Positions 1 through 12,600 of a DNA stretch of 64,000 nucleotides are shown here, piece after piece. Below the pieces are notes generated by a model. The model saw only the letters and a program-made list of their open reading frames with translations. It was not told the origin of the DNA and ran no database searches. Origin of the DNA: Diplonema japonicum. Its lineage: Eukaryota > Protista > Euglenozoa: Diplonemea. The position numbers and the translations under genes are program-made. Position 1 is the first letter of the stretch, and each line of letters begins with the position of its first letter. The stretch lies in assembly GCA_964019335.1 (NCBI GenBank), contig OZ025729.1, positions 124,001 to 188,000 on the forward strand. Direction: 5' to 3'.

Positions 1-184
1 CCCCTCAATTGAGTTGCTCTTCCTTTGTTTTCGCTTTTTTGACCTCTTTCAAAAAAAGAAAAAAAAGGACTGCACAAAAGATTTTACAAAAAAAAAAAAA
101 AAAAAAAAAACGTAAAGGGGGAAAAAAAAAAAAAAGAAAAAAAATACTTTCACCCTAGAAAAAAAATACTTCCACCCTATTTTT

Positions 185-2811
185 CAGCTGTACGGTGGGG
201 ATCGAGGAGAGCCGCAGTACAACGCCTTTAGAACGAGGTACAGGGAGTACATCGTGTCGCAGAAGATGGAACTTCGACCACTTACAGGAGAGGATCTGAG
301 GGCGGTGTTGGCCAAGAAGTCAACGAGAACGGCTCCAGGGGTGGATGGATGGAGGATGGCGGAACTGCGTGCCATGCCGGTAGTACTGCTGGATGCTTGG
401 GCCGAGCTGTTCAACGCAGTCGAGACGACAGGGAAGTGGCCGAAAGCACTCCTGACAGCGCTGGTGACGTTGATCCCGAAGGGTGGCGAGAGGACTCCTC
501 TGAACCATCGGCCGATCACAGTCACGAGCGCGGTCTATCGGCTGTGGGCATGTGCGAGGCTGCGTGACATCACGCTGTGGCAAGAGAAGTGGATCGACGA
601 CTCTCAGCATGGTTTCAGACCGAAGAGAGGCACGGATAGCATTCTGATGGAGCTCAGTACACAGCTCGAAGAGGCGCTGTTGACAGGCACCCCTCTCAAC
701 GGCATTGCGTTGGATTTTGTCAAGTGCTTCGACAGAGTCCCACAGCAGATAGCTTTTGGCCTGATGCAAGATCTCGGTTTGCACGAGCGGATACTGACCC
801 CCTTGAAAGCTATGTATGCGAACCTGAAGCGGCGATTCCGTTTCCCGACAGGTGTTGGCTCAGAGTTCCGAGTGACGAATGGTATCCTGCAAGGGTGCCC
901 CATCTCGGTAATCATGGTGAACGCCTTGGTGTCGGTGATGGTGAAGTGCGTGATGACGGAAGTACCAGGAGCTTGGTCACTTTCGTACGCGGATGACGTG
1001 TACCTCCTGGCGCGTTTAGCGGAGGTCCTGACAAGGGCGACCAACAAGGTGATCGAGTTCGGGGACCGGACAGAGATGCGCCTCAACGGAAAGAAGTCGC
1101 AGGGATTCTCGACGAAAAACGAGATCGGCCCTAGTTTAGTATGCACCGGTTCCTCGTTCAAGGTAGCTGGGGAGATCAAATCACTTGGCGTGAACCTGAG
1201 CATGGATGGGAATCACAGGCTGGACAAGCTGGACGCAGCGGAGGGACGCCTGACCCGTCTCGGAGCTTTGCCACTAGGGTTTGAGAACAAGTCGACGATG
1301 TTGACGAGCACTGTGCTACCGTCGTGTCTGTACGGAGCAACGTATGCGGCACCCTCGGACGACCAGCTGAAGAAGATGTGTACAGCGGCAGTGGTCTCCC
1401 TGTGGGGCCCCCAGTTCGGGATGAGAAACCCCGTGTCTGTACTGAGCGTTCTGCTGCCAGGGCATACGGCACATCCGCTGTCGAAGGTCATCTACGGAAC
1501 GATAAACAGCTTGGTCCGGGAGAGCCTGGCCTCTCCGCGTTTGCGGCAGCGTGTTGGTGAGATCATTGGTCTATACCAGGACCGTGATGACGATGAGGTG
1601 ATGGGTCCGATTGGAGTCCTGCGGAACAGATGGCTCCCCTTTCTGGGGAAGGGATGGTCCTTTGTGGCCGACCTGCACGGAGATACAGCGGTGGCTCACA
1701 AAGTGAGGCAAGCCATCAGACCGGCAGTTGCGAAGAGGCTGATCGAGAAGAGATCAACCTTCGTGGGGATGGAGGCAGGGGCGTGCCCGTCCACGAACTA
1801 TTGGTGGAAAAAGCTCCAGGCCCGGAGACCGTTGGTGTCCTTTAGGTTGCGGCGCATCATTAGTGGTGCAGTGTTCACGACTCACCCGAGGGTGTGGGGG
1901 AGAAAATTGGATGGCCCTGGTGTGGAAAACCCAGCATTAGCGTGTGACGTTTGCGACCACCGGTCCCAGACAACGACCAGCATGACGGAGCATGCACTGT
2001 GGGAGTGCGAGCCGGCAAGGAGTGTGTTGGAAAGCGAGCAATACGCAGAGGTGAAGCGAGAAGGCCTCCCAGCTGCCACAGCCCTTCACGGGATAGTCCC
2101 AAGAGGAGCCGACAAAGCAGGGAAAGAACGTGCCAGGATGGTGCAACAATACCTCCTGAAAGTAGTGACGGTCCGTGACGCCAGAGCAGCGGAAAAAAGC
2201 AAGAGAGTGCTCACCTCCAACCCTTGGGATGAGGTAACGACAGGGAGGCAACATGATGTTCCGACGGAAGCGTTGCTGAAGGCGAACGGGGCGTCAGGCG
2301 CGGTCCTGACCTTTCATCTGAAGAACGTCCTCAAGTGGCTGAGAGGCCTACGATGGTACGATGGTAAGAAGAAAACTTCCGTCACTACAATGGAACTCGC
2401 CATAGACTATGAGCAGACCACCCGCCGGTCACTCATAGGTCCCCTCGACGATCAGGACCTGCTCACGGAGAAGGCCGCAAGGATGCGATACATCTTGGGT
2501 CGCATCCAGAAATGCTCAGCACGCTGTGGAAGGTCAGCCTTCCCCGCCAACGCCAAATCAAGGGTGCATACCCTTCGACATCTTGGGGGCCCGACGGCAC
2601 ACGGCTACGACAGGAGACCACTCTTCTCCTCGAGCCAAACCCCCCCCTACCTAGCACGACTCCAAGCAGTGTTTCTCGCCCAGATGCCGTCCATCTCATC
2701 GCGACAAACAGCCACCGCAGGCACCAGACAGCAACCGCAGAACGGTGACCGATTAGTGTGAATTTCTACCTGAACAGTGAGCACCCCCATGCACACTGAA
2801 ATTTTATCGAG
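185..2811 (+). mobile_element. 5'-truncated non-LTR retrotransposon, family A (RT + CCHC zinc knuckle + C-terminal domain)
   Basis: ORF 254-2761 (open from ~182) has RT motifs RPITVTSAVYRLW, LDFVKCFD, GILQGCPIS, YADD and CDVCD...HALWEC. It is colinear with the C-terminal half of ORF2 at 48680. The ~50-nt 3' UTR ends ...TTTTATCGAG, followed by a T-run. Confidence 0.93.
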
Positions 2812-3736
2812 TTTTTTTTTAAATGGTGCGCCCTCCCCTGTTCTCGGCGCCACCGACACTGGCCCTCCTTTATCTCCTATATGTTTATCCGTCACCCCTC
2901 TGTTTTCTCTTGTAATAAGAAAAATCAGATTACCAGATTTTCACTTGAGGGATCTCTTTTTTTTAACGAACTGAATAAAGTTAAGAAATTTGTTCCAGCA
3001 AGTGTGGTCTGTTGCTATCGCCGCTGATCAGTAAAAAGAACAATACCTTCCCTATATTTTTTTTTTAAACCCTTCCCTCCCCCTCTTTTCTTTTTAAAAC
3101 CTTAGCAGTAGACAAGACCAAAGATGCCAGCTCCCAATAAAAAAGAGTTAGAAAATGAATAAATAAACGGGCGTATTTTTTGTATTTCTTTTTTAATGAA
3201 CAGAAATACTTGCTACTGTAGTTGTGGGAGAAAAAAAAATATGATAAAAAAAAAAAAAAAAAAAAAGGAACGTTGGCAACACGATGCGCTACAAGTTGGC
3301 TCTTTATTAGGTAAAAAGGTTTTTGTAGGGCAAACGTCGAGAAATAATGCACTTCCTTCCGGTATTCTAACGAGCAATCCCCCCCCTACACCCCCTCCAA
3401 AAAAAAAAGATACAAATTTCTTCAGAATTTATGGGAAAAAAAAAAAAACTTCTCCCTCCCCCCTCTCAATTCTTTTGCCGCTTTTGGGGGAAGGAAAGTG
3501 TGGATTTGCTTCCTTTGATCTCTCCCCCCCCCCCCCCCCCCCTGGCGAGTGGGAGTGGGACCTGTATACCTTTTACCCTCTCGATACCATTATTATCAGC
3601 ACAATGGTGGCAGATATATTTTCCTTCCCCCCCCCCCCCACCCTCAATTTTATCTGCTGTAAGGACGATCTTGGTTTGTCTTAAGACGTAGGAAAAGGTT
3701 ACAGTGATCACAAAAAAAAAAAAAAAAAAGAGGGAG

Positions 3737-3847
3737 AACTACATCTCGGCCGATGTGCGCGCCCCCCCCCCCCCCCCCCCCCCCCTGTAATCAAGTAGAC
3801 AGTTCTTGTGCAGGGCGCCACCAAGTACCGACCTCCTTTTTATCTCT
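3737..3847 (+). repeat. Dispersed repeat, probable 3'-end relic of a third LINE-like family (family C)
   Basis: CCTGTAATCAAGTAGACAGTTCTTGTGCAGGGCGCC...CCTCCTTT matches 18285-18370. A weaker match lies at 2825-2877. It ends in a CCTCCTTT(T)ATCTC motif like family B. Confidence 0.6.
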
Positions 3848-4172
3848 TATTTATTTTTTATTTTTTTTAGGTCTGGAAAATCGAGTTCATTTATGCTGCA
3901 TCACTGGAAACTTGTGGCCAGATGGGGTGGAGGTGCTTCGGGTTGTCCCAGTCGTCACTTGTTCGAGGATGGGCACACTTGGTCGCAAGCCACTAGCCAC
4001 TGATCTCCCCACCATCGGTCTATTCCATGAGTCCTGCGTCTACCCCGTAGTTCTGCCGTCGCCTTTGTAAATCCCGTCGTTTCACGAGGGTAGGGTCTCT
4101 TAGTCCATAGCCTCAAACGGACTACAAAAAAAAAGGAGGGAGAGGAACGAAGGAAAAGAAAAAAAAAAAAAA

Positions 4173-6011
4173 ATGTCACTCCAAGGGTTCCATGAGCTCT
4201 TGGAAAGCCAGGAGGTGATGAGCAAGAACGGAGCGGCGAACAGGGCGAAGGGGGAGGGCTCGAGGGGGAGGGATGCGCACCAGCTTGACTTTGACAGCTT
4301 CATTGATTCGCAGAAGAAAGGAGAACCGAGAGGCAGGGCTGCGGTCATTGGGAAACACGCTGGCATAGCAACACGGAGTGGGAGCAGCTCGCGAAAAGAA
4401 CTCTTAAAGCTCGCAAGCCAACGAAAAGCGTCAGGTTCCCCAGGAAGGCCTACAGGAAAACCCATGAAATCAACCACGACAGCTACCTACCGACCCGTGG
4501 CCAAGGCCATCGACACGTCACTGGTATCGCAGTCTACAAACGATGCCTCATATGTGTCGCAGCTCTCGAATGTCTCGTCTGAACGGGACACCATGTACCC
4601 ACAGCCATTCTACCTCAGCGATACTAGTAAGCCTGCTCCTATTGAAGAATTACCGTTACCGGAAATACCGCCCCCCTCGCCCGAGTTGGATCTCAGCGCG
4701 CTTTCGTCCCTCCCAAAGGTGAAAGCTGACAGCGACGGACCTGCTGGGTTTTTATTCACATCACCGAAAAAGTCAGATTATGATTTTAAGACCCCTGCCC
4801 CTGTCCCTGTCCCCGCAGTTGTCGATGAACAAGAAGAAGTTAAAAAAAAGGCGGTGGTGCCGATCGATGACATCCCGCTGCCCCCTCCGAAGGCCGTTCC
4901 TGTTTCTCTTCCTGTTGCCGTTCCGGCAGCTACAACAACAACAATTGCCAAGAAAAAAGAGGTTCAACGAAAACAGAAAACGGATGAAACTGCAACGCAG
5001 CGCAGCGGGATGGAGACAATGGACCCCACCTTGCGAGCTTCTCCCGGCATGGTCAGGCTCAAAGCGGTGGTGGCAGGGGCAAAGGTTCGTGCAAAATGGA
5101 ACGGGCAAGGCATGAAGCTGAGGCTGCAGATTAAAGATGTCACCGCAATGCTCGAAGCCCCTGCCGAGTCTCAGCAAGAATACCTCACCAACGATGTGAT
5201 GGTCAGGCAGGCTGCAGGGCTTCAAAAACAACTACAAGCTTACATGCTGGCTACAAGCGTGAGCGCTCCCATTTTCTCATCAAAGAAAAAGCCAAGTGGA
5301 CAGACAGTCTCAATTGCCCCGAAAAGACGGGGAACCGCCGAGTTCGCACGCAGCAAAGCCGCCATAGCAGCCAAACAGCAAAACGACAAGGGGAAGGAAA
5401 AAAGGCCCGCCCCGCAACAAGACCCGAAACCGGAATCGAAATATGAATGGGAGAACGTTCCGGTCAAGGCGGGCGGGGGTGGCAATAACGAGGCGGAACA
5501 ACCGCCGCCTTCAAACAGCACCGACAGGTCCCGACCAAAGGTGTTCTTGAAGAGAGGCGCGCGGAATCAGCGCACGTACACCCCTTCACAGAGGAAAGAG
5601 AAACCAAAACAACAACAGCAACAACAGCAACAACAACAACAACAACAACAACAAGACCCTTCACCGACGGAACCAGTTGAAGAAGAAGTTGTGGTGTTGG
5701 ATGTTAAAAATGTACCGTCTGAGCTGCCCCCACCCTCCCCGTTGCCTCCGGCGACGGCCACCCCCGCCCCCGCCCCTACAGCGGCTCCTACCTATACACG
5801 CATTGCTGCAAACTCCCTGCATGCAAAATTAGAGAAGATCCTTGAAGCTTGGCCCACCTCCACCCCTGAGGAGATCCACCGTATATTCCCCGCAAGACTT
5901 ACAAGGCAGGACCAGAACACACACATCCCTAGGCTCAAGCCTTCTTCGTCTTTCTTTACTACGTACGACGCGAATTTCTACCACACTATCAAGGCTTCCT
6001 TGGGAGCTTAA
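4173..6011 (+). CDS. Hypothetical low-complexity protein (Pro/Gln-rich, possible IQ-like motif)
   Basis: 612-aa ORF with ATG directly after an A-run, coding-like composition and a polyQ tract. Confidence 0.75.
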   Translation: MSLQGFHELLESQEVMSKNGAANRAKGEGSRGRDAHQLDFDSFIDSQKKGEPRGRAAVIGKHAGIATRSGSSSRKELLKLASQRKASGSPGRPTGKPMKSTTTATYRPVAKAIDTSLVSQSTNDASYVSQLSNVSSERDTMYPQPFYLSDTSKPAPIEELPLPEIPPPSPELDLSALSSLPKVKADSDGPAGFLFTSPKKSDYDFKTPAPVPVPAVVDEQEEVKKKAVVPIDDIPLPPPKAVPVSLPVAVPAATTTTIAKKKEVQRKQKTDETATQRSGMETMDPTLRASPGMVRLKAVVAGAKVRAKWNGQGMKLRLQIKDVTAMLEAPAESQQEYLTNDVMVRQAAGLQKQLQAYMLATSVSAPIFSSKKKPSGQTVSIAPKRRGTAEFARSKAAIAAKQQNDKGKEKRPAPQQDPKPESKYEWENVPVKAGGGGNNEAEQPPPSNSTDRSRPKVFLKRGARNQRTYTPSQRKEKPKQQQQQQQQQQQQQQQDPSPTEPVEEEVVVLDVKNVPSELPPPSPLPPATATPAPAPTAAPTYTRIAANSLHAKLEKILEAWPTSTPEEIHRIFPARLTRQDQNTHIPRLKPSSSFFTTYDANFYHTIKASLGA

Positions 6012-6295
6012 GATAGAGACGAAGAGGGATCTGGAAAATGAAAATGAACCCCCCCCCTCCCCCACAATGTAGACACACTCCCCTCATCCCCTTTGCATAT
6101 ATTAGTCCTTTTTTCTTGTTGTTTCTTCCTTTAGATTTTCTCTTTTTTTTCCCCCCCCCTTTCCTATATAGTGTTACTTCCCCCCCGTCTTTTTTTTGTT
6201 GTTGTTATGACATAAGTTTTTTTTTTGTTAAAAAAAAAAATAAGAGGGGGGGGAAAGAAAGAAGAAACAAAAAAGAGGGGGAAAAAAAAAAAAAA

Positions 6296-7608
6296 ATGCC
6301 CATTGGGTGTCTGTTGATCCTGAACAGCAGGGGTGATATTTTGTGCTCGAGGAACTATCGGGATTACTACAATGTTAAGAGTGTGGGGGAAGTGTTCAGG
6401 ACGCAGGTGATTGCGACGAAACTGGCGGATAGGTCACCGGTGCACAATCTGGGCGGGGTCAGCTACCTGTTCATGAAGAGTGAGAACACGTGGGTGGTGG
6501 TGGCGACGAAGCTAAACAGCAACGCGGTGCTGATCTTCCAATTTCTGTCAAAGCTCATCGAGATCTGCAGGGTATACTTCGGCGCGATGAACGAGGAGTC
6601 TGTAAAGGAAAACCACGTCACACTCTTGGAACTACTTGACGAAATCCTTGACTACGGTTATCCACAAACCACCGAAATCGACTTACTCAAAATGTGCATT
6701 ACCAACGCAACTATGAAACTTGAAAGCGGCGCTGCAAAACAAGGACAGAAACAACTTTCCGACAAGCTCACCGGGATCATCGGTTGGAGAAAGGACGGCA
6801 TCAAATACAGAAAGAACGAGGTGTTCATCGATGTTGTTGAAGAAGTCAATGTACTTATCGCGCAGAACGGCAACGTCCTCCAGCGGGATGTCTCTGGCAA
6901 GGTCATCATGAAGTCCTTCTTGTCGGGAATGCCCGAGTGTAAATTTGGTCTTAATGACAAACTTATGCTGCAATCTGAGTCGAAGTCCAGCGACCGCCGA
7001 TCTTCGCAAATCGACCTCGAGGATGTTACTTTTCATCAGTGTGTGCGCCTTGGGAAGTTTGAAGCCAACCGAGCCATTTCGTTCGTCCCTCCCGACGGTG
7101 AGTTCCAGCTCATGAAGTACCGAACGTCTGAGAACGTGAACCCTCCGTTCCGGTTGCTCCACCCTTCCTGTAAGTCCCTCGGGAAGACTAGAATGGAGTT
7201 TGATTTCAAGGTTTGGAAGAAAAATGAAAAAAAAAAAAAAAAAAAAATAAAAAATAAAAAAAAGGTCAAAGGCGAGTTTTCGTCCCGCCTCAACGGTACC
7301 ACCGTCGTCATCAAGGTGCCCTGCCCCAAGAACACCGCTTCCACAAAGATCACGGTGGGGGCCGGGAAGGCGAAGTACGAGCCGGAGCATCAGGTTTAAA
7401 AAAAAAATTTTTTTTTTTGAGGGGGAAAAAAAAAAAAAAAAAAAAAGGCCATCGTGTGGAAAATCCGGAAATTTCCTGGAGGCAGCGAGGTGATGTTCAG
7501 TGCGGTAGTGCAGTTGATCTCAAGTACGTCTGAGCCCAAGGCTTGGTCGAGGCCGCCTATCTCTATGAGCTTCCAGGTACTGTGGGATGGGGGGGAGATT
7601 TAAAAAAG

Positions 7609-7642
<34 letters not shown>

Positions 7643-7770
7643 TTCCCATGCTTACGACCAGCGGTTTGCATGTGCGATTCCTTAAGGTGCACGAGCCAAA
7701 GCTCAACTACCAGGCGGTGAAATGGGTCCGGTATATTTCCAAGGCAGGCCAATACGAGTGCCGTATATAG
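6296..7770 (+). CDS. AP2M1: AP-2 adaptor complex mu subunit; exons 6296-7210, 7265-7393, 7448-7576, 7642-7770
   Basis: Motifs [55 protein letters not shown]. Removing three GT-AG introns restores [25 protein letters not shown] and [17 protein letters not shown]. Confidence 0.95.
7211..7264 (+). other. 54-nt poly(A)-filled GT-AG intron (AP-2 mu intron 1)
   Basis: GTTTGG...A-rich...AAAG. It forms an in-frame Lys-rich insertion inside the mu homology domain. Confidence 0.88.
7394..7447 (+). other. 54-nt GT-AG intron (AP-2 mu intron 2)
   Basis: GTTTAA...GGGGG(A)nG. It contains an in-frame stop, and removal joins EHQ to AIVWKI. Confidence 0.92.
7577..7641 (+). other. 65-nt poly(A)-filled GT-AG intron (AP-2 mu intron 3)
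   Basis: Removal corrects a frameshift, joining SFQ to VPM. Confidence 0.92.
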
Positions 7771-8047
7771 AAAGGAGGTGGAGGAGAGGGGAGGAAAAAA
7801 AAAAAGGGAAAAAAAAAAAAAGAAAAGGAAGTGTGTGTTCCCCCCCGAAATAGATTCTTTTATACTTTTTTTTTTTTGATAACAAATGAGATTGTCACTA
7901 TTGAAAAAAGGTGCTTGTGAGCGTGGAAAAAAAAAAAAAAAATAAAATAAAAAATATCTCTTTGTGTTTCATCTTTGTTTTTTCTTCTTCTTTCTTTTCC
8001 CTTTTTTTTTTCCTTTCTTTTCCCCAGCGCCAGAAAAACAACGCAAA

Positions 8048-8731
8048 AAATAGCTATTTACTGCCAACAAGTAATGACTTTACCGTTACCTCGAGGTCGG
8101 TAAAGCATTACTTGGCGGTAGGTAAGTGGTTTTATTTCACGACACTCTGAAATTACTTCACCACGAGGGGCACAACAGGGTGACAAGGGGTACAACAAGA
8201 GAGGGGTTACAAAGGTTACAATACAAGTTGTTTTTCCTCCTTTTGTTGACTTAGAGCTGCCGCTGTCGCTGGCATTGCCACTGTCACCATCTCTAATCAG
8301 GCCTTCCCATACCTGGCGCGGCCGCTGGCTCCTTTTTTTCTGCTGCTTCGGTATTTTGAAGTCTTTTGGGGAGCTTGGGTAAGCTGACTAAGTTACCCTT
8401 ACCCACAGAAGAGTTACCCACAGAAACTGGGAACAAGGCCTAGCCAAAAGTGGGCAAATTGGGAGGAAAAAGTAGTCCAACTTGGAACTGAGCCGAGGCA
8501 AAAGTTGGCCAATTGAGCTGAACCTGGGGGGAAATAGCAAACTGAGAGGAAAAAGTAGCCCCACTGGGAACCGAACCGAGGCAAAAATTGGCCTACCGAG
8601 GCATATTATTTAACGGAAACCCCCTATTACTTCACGGAAAACAGGCCATTATTTCACCGTGAAGTAATGAGATTTAGCGTGAAGTAATGGGCCCCCAAGT
8701 GCGTGAAGTAATTTCTGAAGAGTGAAATAAA
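8048..8731 (-). mobile_element. Non-autonomous asymmetric-IR + hairpin element (Helentron/HINE-like), subfamily 1
   Basis: Near-exact reverse complement of 24270-24973. Has terminal TTTATTTCACTCTTCAGAAATTACTTCAC, a subterminal inverted copy, a long hairpin and the end TAAATAGCTATT. Flanked by T-runs. Confidence 0.8.
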
Positions 8732-8791
8732 AAAAAAAAAAAAAAAAAAAACTTGCCAGAGAAAAGAAAAAGGGGGGATAAAGAAACTGTA

Positions 8792-8837
<46 letters not shown>

Positions 8838-9158
8838 CCTTCCACGATTTTTTCTTCATATTCCCCTTTCTCCCCCCCCCCCCCCCAATCTACACACGAA
8901 TAAAAGAGAAAAAAAAAAGAGGGAAGAGAAAAAAACCTCTTTTTTTTATATATCCCTCCTCCATTTTTTTTATCCCCCAAATCCCCCACAGTAATAGTGT
9001 GTTTAAATCTTTTTTTTATATGGTGGGGCACCCCTTTTTCTTTTTTCCCCCCTCCCCTTCTTTTCCCCCCTTTTCTTTTTCTCTTCCTTATGATGAACCA
9101 GCATTACATAAACACACTACTTTCAGCCGAGTGGGCGAAAAAAAAAAGTGTGCCATAA

Positions 9159-10304
9159 ATGCCCGCCAGTACAATCCGTCTGCTCTGTGCAGCGATACTG
9201 ATGCAAGCCACCACAGCAGTGCGGGTCAACACTGTTTACAAAGAGCCACCCAACATTGCAGACCACCAGTACAATTGTTTCAACGACGCTTCTTGGTGCA
9301 GGTGCACAGCAGGCAGAATGATGACAGGGCTGAAAAGGACGAACGGGAACACTCTAGAGTACCTTGATGGGTACCACTGCGCGAGGCCCACACGAAGCGT
9401 TTCCAAAGGAAACTGCGTTACTGTGTCAGTAACAGCCGACTTCACCCTCGCAGGAGGGACCGCATCGTGCCCTGTGGGAACGCTTCTGAACGGGATGCAC
9501 CGAATGGGGTGCGACTCTCTTGATTGCGTGGATCACTTTGAGTGCTGTCGGTTCGTTCCTTTGGACGGGGTTCTTGTCACGGGCACGCCTGTCCGCTTGT
9601 CTTGGAAAGCCTGCATGGACACCTGGAACAACTGGTGCGATGCAGGTGTGAACCAGTTCGTGGTGGGGCTGGTCATAGCTGCACGCCGTCCGTCGAGGAA
9701 CGACATTCGTGGTATTGACTTCGCGATGGTGTCAAGGGTCTACTATGTGCCGGGGGACACTCCTGCACCTGTCACTTCACAGCCCACTTGGGCACCTGCA
9801 ACAGCAGGACCGACGGTGCAGCCCAGTTGGTCACCTGCAACAGCAGGACCTGTTGGACCGACGGTGCAGCACAGTTGGGCACCTGCAACAGCAGGACCGA
9901 CGGTGCAGCCCAGTTGGTCACCTGCAGCAACAGTGCTGCCTACTTCTGCTCCAAGTACGCCTGAACCTATAAGTGGTGTCCCTTCCACAGGTGAGCCATC
10001 CGTGCTACCTACACCTGTTGAATTGGTGACAAGCCCCCCTGACTCTGTCTTCGCTTCGGCTGCCCCGCGTACACCCGAACCCATCAGTTATGCACCTTTA
10101 CCGGTTACGGTGTCGCCAGCAACGACGACTTCACCGTCTCATGATGGTGATGGTGGGGGTAGCCACATTGGGGTGGTGGTGCAGTTGGCTGTAATTTGTG
10201 GTGTGCTGGGTGCCTCGTGTGTGGTGTTTGGGTTCATGTGGTGGAAGTTAAGAAAGCCGAACTACGACGAGATGTACTCTAACCAAATCGAGCTGTTGGT
10301 ATAG
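9159..10304 (+). CDS. Type I membrane/surface protein: signal peptide, Cys-rich domain, Pro/Thr stalk with tandem repeats, TM helix
   Basis: 381-aa ORF with a hydrophobic N-terminus, four (P/H)(T/S)W(A/S)PA repeat units (~9784-9930) and a C-terminal TM followed by KLRK. Confidence 0.85.
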   Translation: MPASTIRLLCAAILMQATTAVRVNTVYKEPPNIADHQYNCFNDASWCRCTAGRMMTGLKRTNGNTLEYLDGYHCARPTRSVSKGNCVTVSVTADFTLAGGTASCPVGTLLNGMHRMGCDSLDCVDHFECCRFVPLDGVLVTGTPVRLSWKACMDTWNNWCDAGVNQFVVGLVIAARRPSRNDIRGIDFAMVSRVYYVPGDTPAPVTSQPTWAPATAGPTVQPSWSPATAGPVGPTVQHSWAPATAGPTVQPSWSPAATVLPTSAPSTPEPISGVPSTGEPSVLPTPVELVTSPPDSVFASAAPRTPEPISYAPLPVTVSPATTTSPSHDGDGGGSHIGVVVQLAVICGVLGASCVVFGFMWWKLRKPNYDEMYSNQIELLV

Positions 10305-10903
10305 TTATTGTTTTTCTTTTTTTTTTTTTTTTCCCCTCTTTTTTTTTTTTCGACAGTCACCACAGAAACGCGCGGAAGTTGAAGGTGACATCGTGGAGAT
10401 GGGCGGTCTGGATGGTGATGGCGGTGGAGCGGTGAATGGATTTAACGTGGCCACGTGATCTTTTCTTTTTTTTCTTTTTTGTTTTCTCTCTTTGCAGGCC
10501 GTCATTCATTTGCTGTTCTGCCATGATAAATTTTTAAACCCTCCCGTAATGTTACTATTTCTTTTTTTTTTCTTCTCTTTTTTTTTTCTTCTTTCTTCCT
10601 TCTTTTAAATACCTTCGCTTTAAGAAATTAAAGCTTTTTTTCTTTACTCTGATTTACTCATCTCCCTGTTTTTTTTAACAAAAAAAAGAAAACTGGGTTA
10701 TTTGTGCGTGGGAGGGGCATTTATTTCCCCTTTTCTTTCCCCACATTTCCCTCTCTCTCCCCCTCCCTCCCTCTACACAATTCTTACGGCAAACACCTGA
10801 CGCTCTTTCCAGCACGGGAGGAACGATGACTCTCTTAAGGTTGCCAAAAATTCCCTTCCTTTTTTTTTTTTTCATAAAAAAAAAAAAAAAAAAAGAGAGA
10901 AAA

Positions 10904-10935
<32 letters not shown>

Positions 10936-10942
10936 AAAAGAA

Positions 10943-11842
10943 ATGATGCAACCCCAATATGTAACGCAACATATGCAAGTAAACCAAGTAGTCCAGTACA
11001 CCAACTGGAAGGAAGGCATCTGCGGCTGTTGTTCGAGAGAGTGCGAATTGTGCTGCAACGTATTCTGGTGCACCCCCTGCATGGCGGGGAGGACGCACAG
11101 CGCGGCTGTAAACAACCTCAGAGACACAATGGACGGAACCGTAACAGGCTCCTTAATAGCAGCTGAGGTACTGGGCATCGTACTGTCCTTTTCTCTGACG
11201 GCAGCTGGAATTCCTGGAATGGGTTTTTGCAGCTATATGGGCTGCTGCGCCACAGCAGGGTATCTCACTTACCAACGGCAGTTCATAACAAAAAAATTCA
11301 ACATTCACTCTGAGCCCTGTATGGATTGCCTGATGTCGTTTTTCTGCCTCCCATGTGTGTTGTGCCAGCACCACACTGAACTGTCTCACCGAGGAGTGGA
11401 CCCTGGTTCGTGCTGTTGTATAATAGGGCAGCAACGGCCTAGGCAGACAGCGGTGGTTATGGTGGCGCACCATGGGCAGGTGATGTCCTACCCCCAGCAG
11501 CAAGTTCAGCCTGCTTATCCGTCTCACGGGTACCCTGTGCAGGGGCAGGCGGTGATGGGGCAGCAGCCTATGTTCCCGCAGACTCATGTACAGCAGCAGC
11601 AGCCTGTGCATACCGGTCCTAACCAGCCGTCGGCCCCTGTTTTAATGCAGCCCGGGCATCCTCCTCAGTTTGTTGTGCAACAGCCTCACCTTCCGCCTCC
11701 CGAGAACCCGGCTTGTTTCGCGCCGATGGCGCCTGCGAACCAGCAGCAGCAACCTTTCCCGCCTCAAATCGCGCCTATACCTGATGCGCCGCAGCAGCCG
11801 TCGCCGCAGCAGCAGCAGCCAGCTGTACAGAATACAGTTTGA
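10943..11842 (+). CDS. PLAC8/cornifelin-family Cys-rich protein with Gln/Pro tail
   Basis: W..GICGC, CCNVFWCTPC, DCLMSFFCLPCVLCQH..EL motifs; ATG after an A-run. Confidence 0.9.
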   Translation: MMQPQYVTQHMQVNQVVQYTNWKEGICGCCSRECELCCNVFWCTPCMAGRTHSAAVNNLRDTMDGTVTGSLIAAEVLGIVLSFSLTAAGIPGMGFCSYMGCCATAGYLTYQRQFITKKFNIHSEPCMDCLMSFFCLPCVLCQHHTELSHRGVDPGSCCCIIGQQRPRQTAVVMVAHHGQVMSYPQQQVQPAYPSHGYPVQGQAVMGQQPMFPQTHVQQQQPVHTGPNQPSAPVLMQPGHPPQFVVQQPHLPPPENPACFAPMAPANQQQQPFPPQIAPIPDAPQQPSPQQQQPAVQNTV

Positions 11843-11858
11843 TTAAAAGGGCTCTGAA

Positions 11859-11889
<31 letters not shown>

Positions 11890-12435
11890 GTTGTTTAAGT
11901 AATTACGATGGACATTGAAAAAAAAAAAAAAAAAAAAAAAAAAGAAGAAGAAGAATATATCTGAGCGAAAAAAAAAAAAAAAAAAAAAAAAAAAAGAAAA
12001 GTGAAAACAAAGCGTTTTCACAAGGATGTGTTGGCCCTTCTTTTCTCTCTCCCCCAACTTACCCTTCTATTATGGGGCCATGCAGTCTTTTCTTTTTTTT
12101 TTTAATTTTCTTCTTGTTTTATACGTGAATTACCTTAACTCCCGAGAGGAGAGGAATGTGGGGAAGGCACGAAAAGGGGAAAAAGGGGTATTTCTTTTTG
12201 GCAAGTCTATATCACCTCTCTTTCTCATTACACATAAGGCACGAAAAGATTTTAAAAAAGTACAAAAAAAAGGGGGGGTGTGAAAAAAAGGGGTTTTCTT
12301 TTTTTTGAACCATTTGTTTGTGCACACAAGAAGAAGAAGAAAAAAAAACACCCGCCACCCCGCCTTTTTTTTTTTCCCCCTTCCCTCAAGAAAACTGAGC
12401 AACAGAACAATTTTTTTTGTTCTTCTCCTTTTTTT

Positions 12436-12459
12436 GCTTGAACAAGAAAAAAAAAGATT

Positions 12460-12502
<43 letters not shown>

Positions 12503-12600
12503 ATAATGAATTGCTATTGCTAAAAAAAAAAGAGCAGTGGTAAACATTGTTTGGGCTTATCCTTCCTACAGGTTAATCCAGGCCAACAAATCAGCCGACT

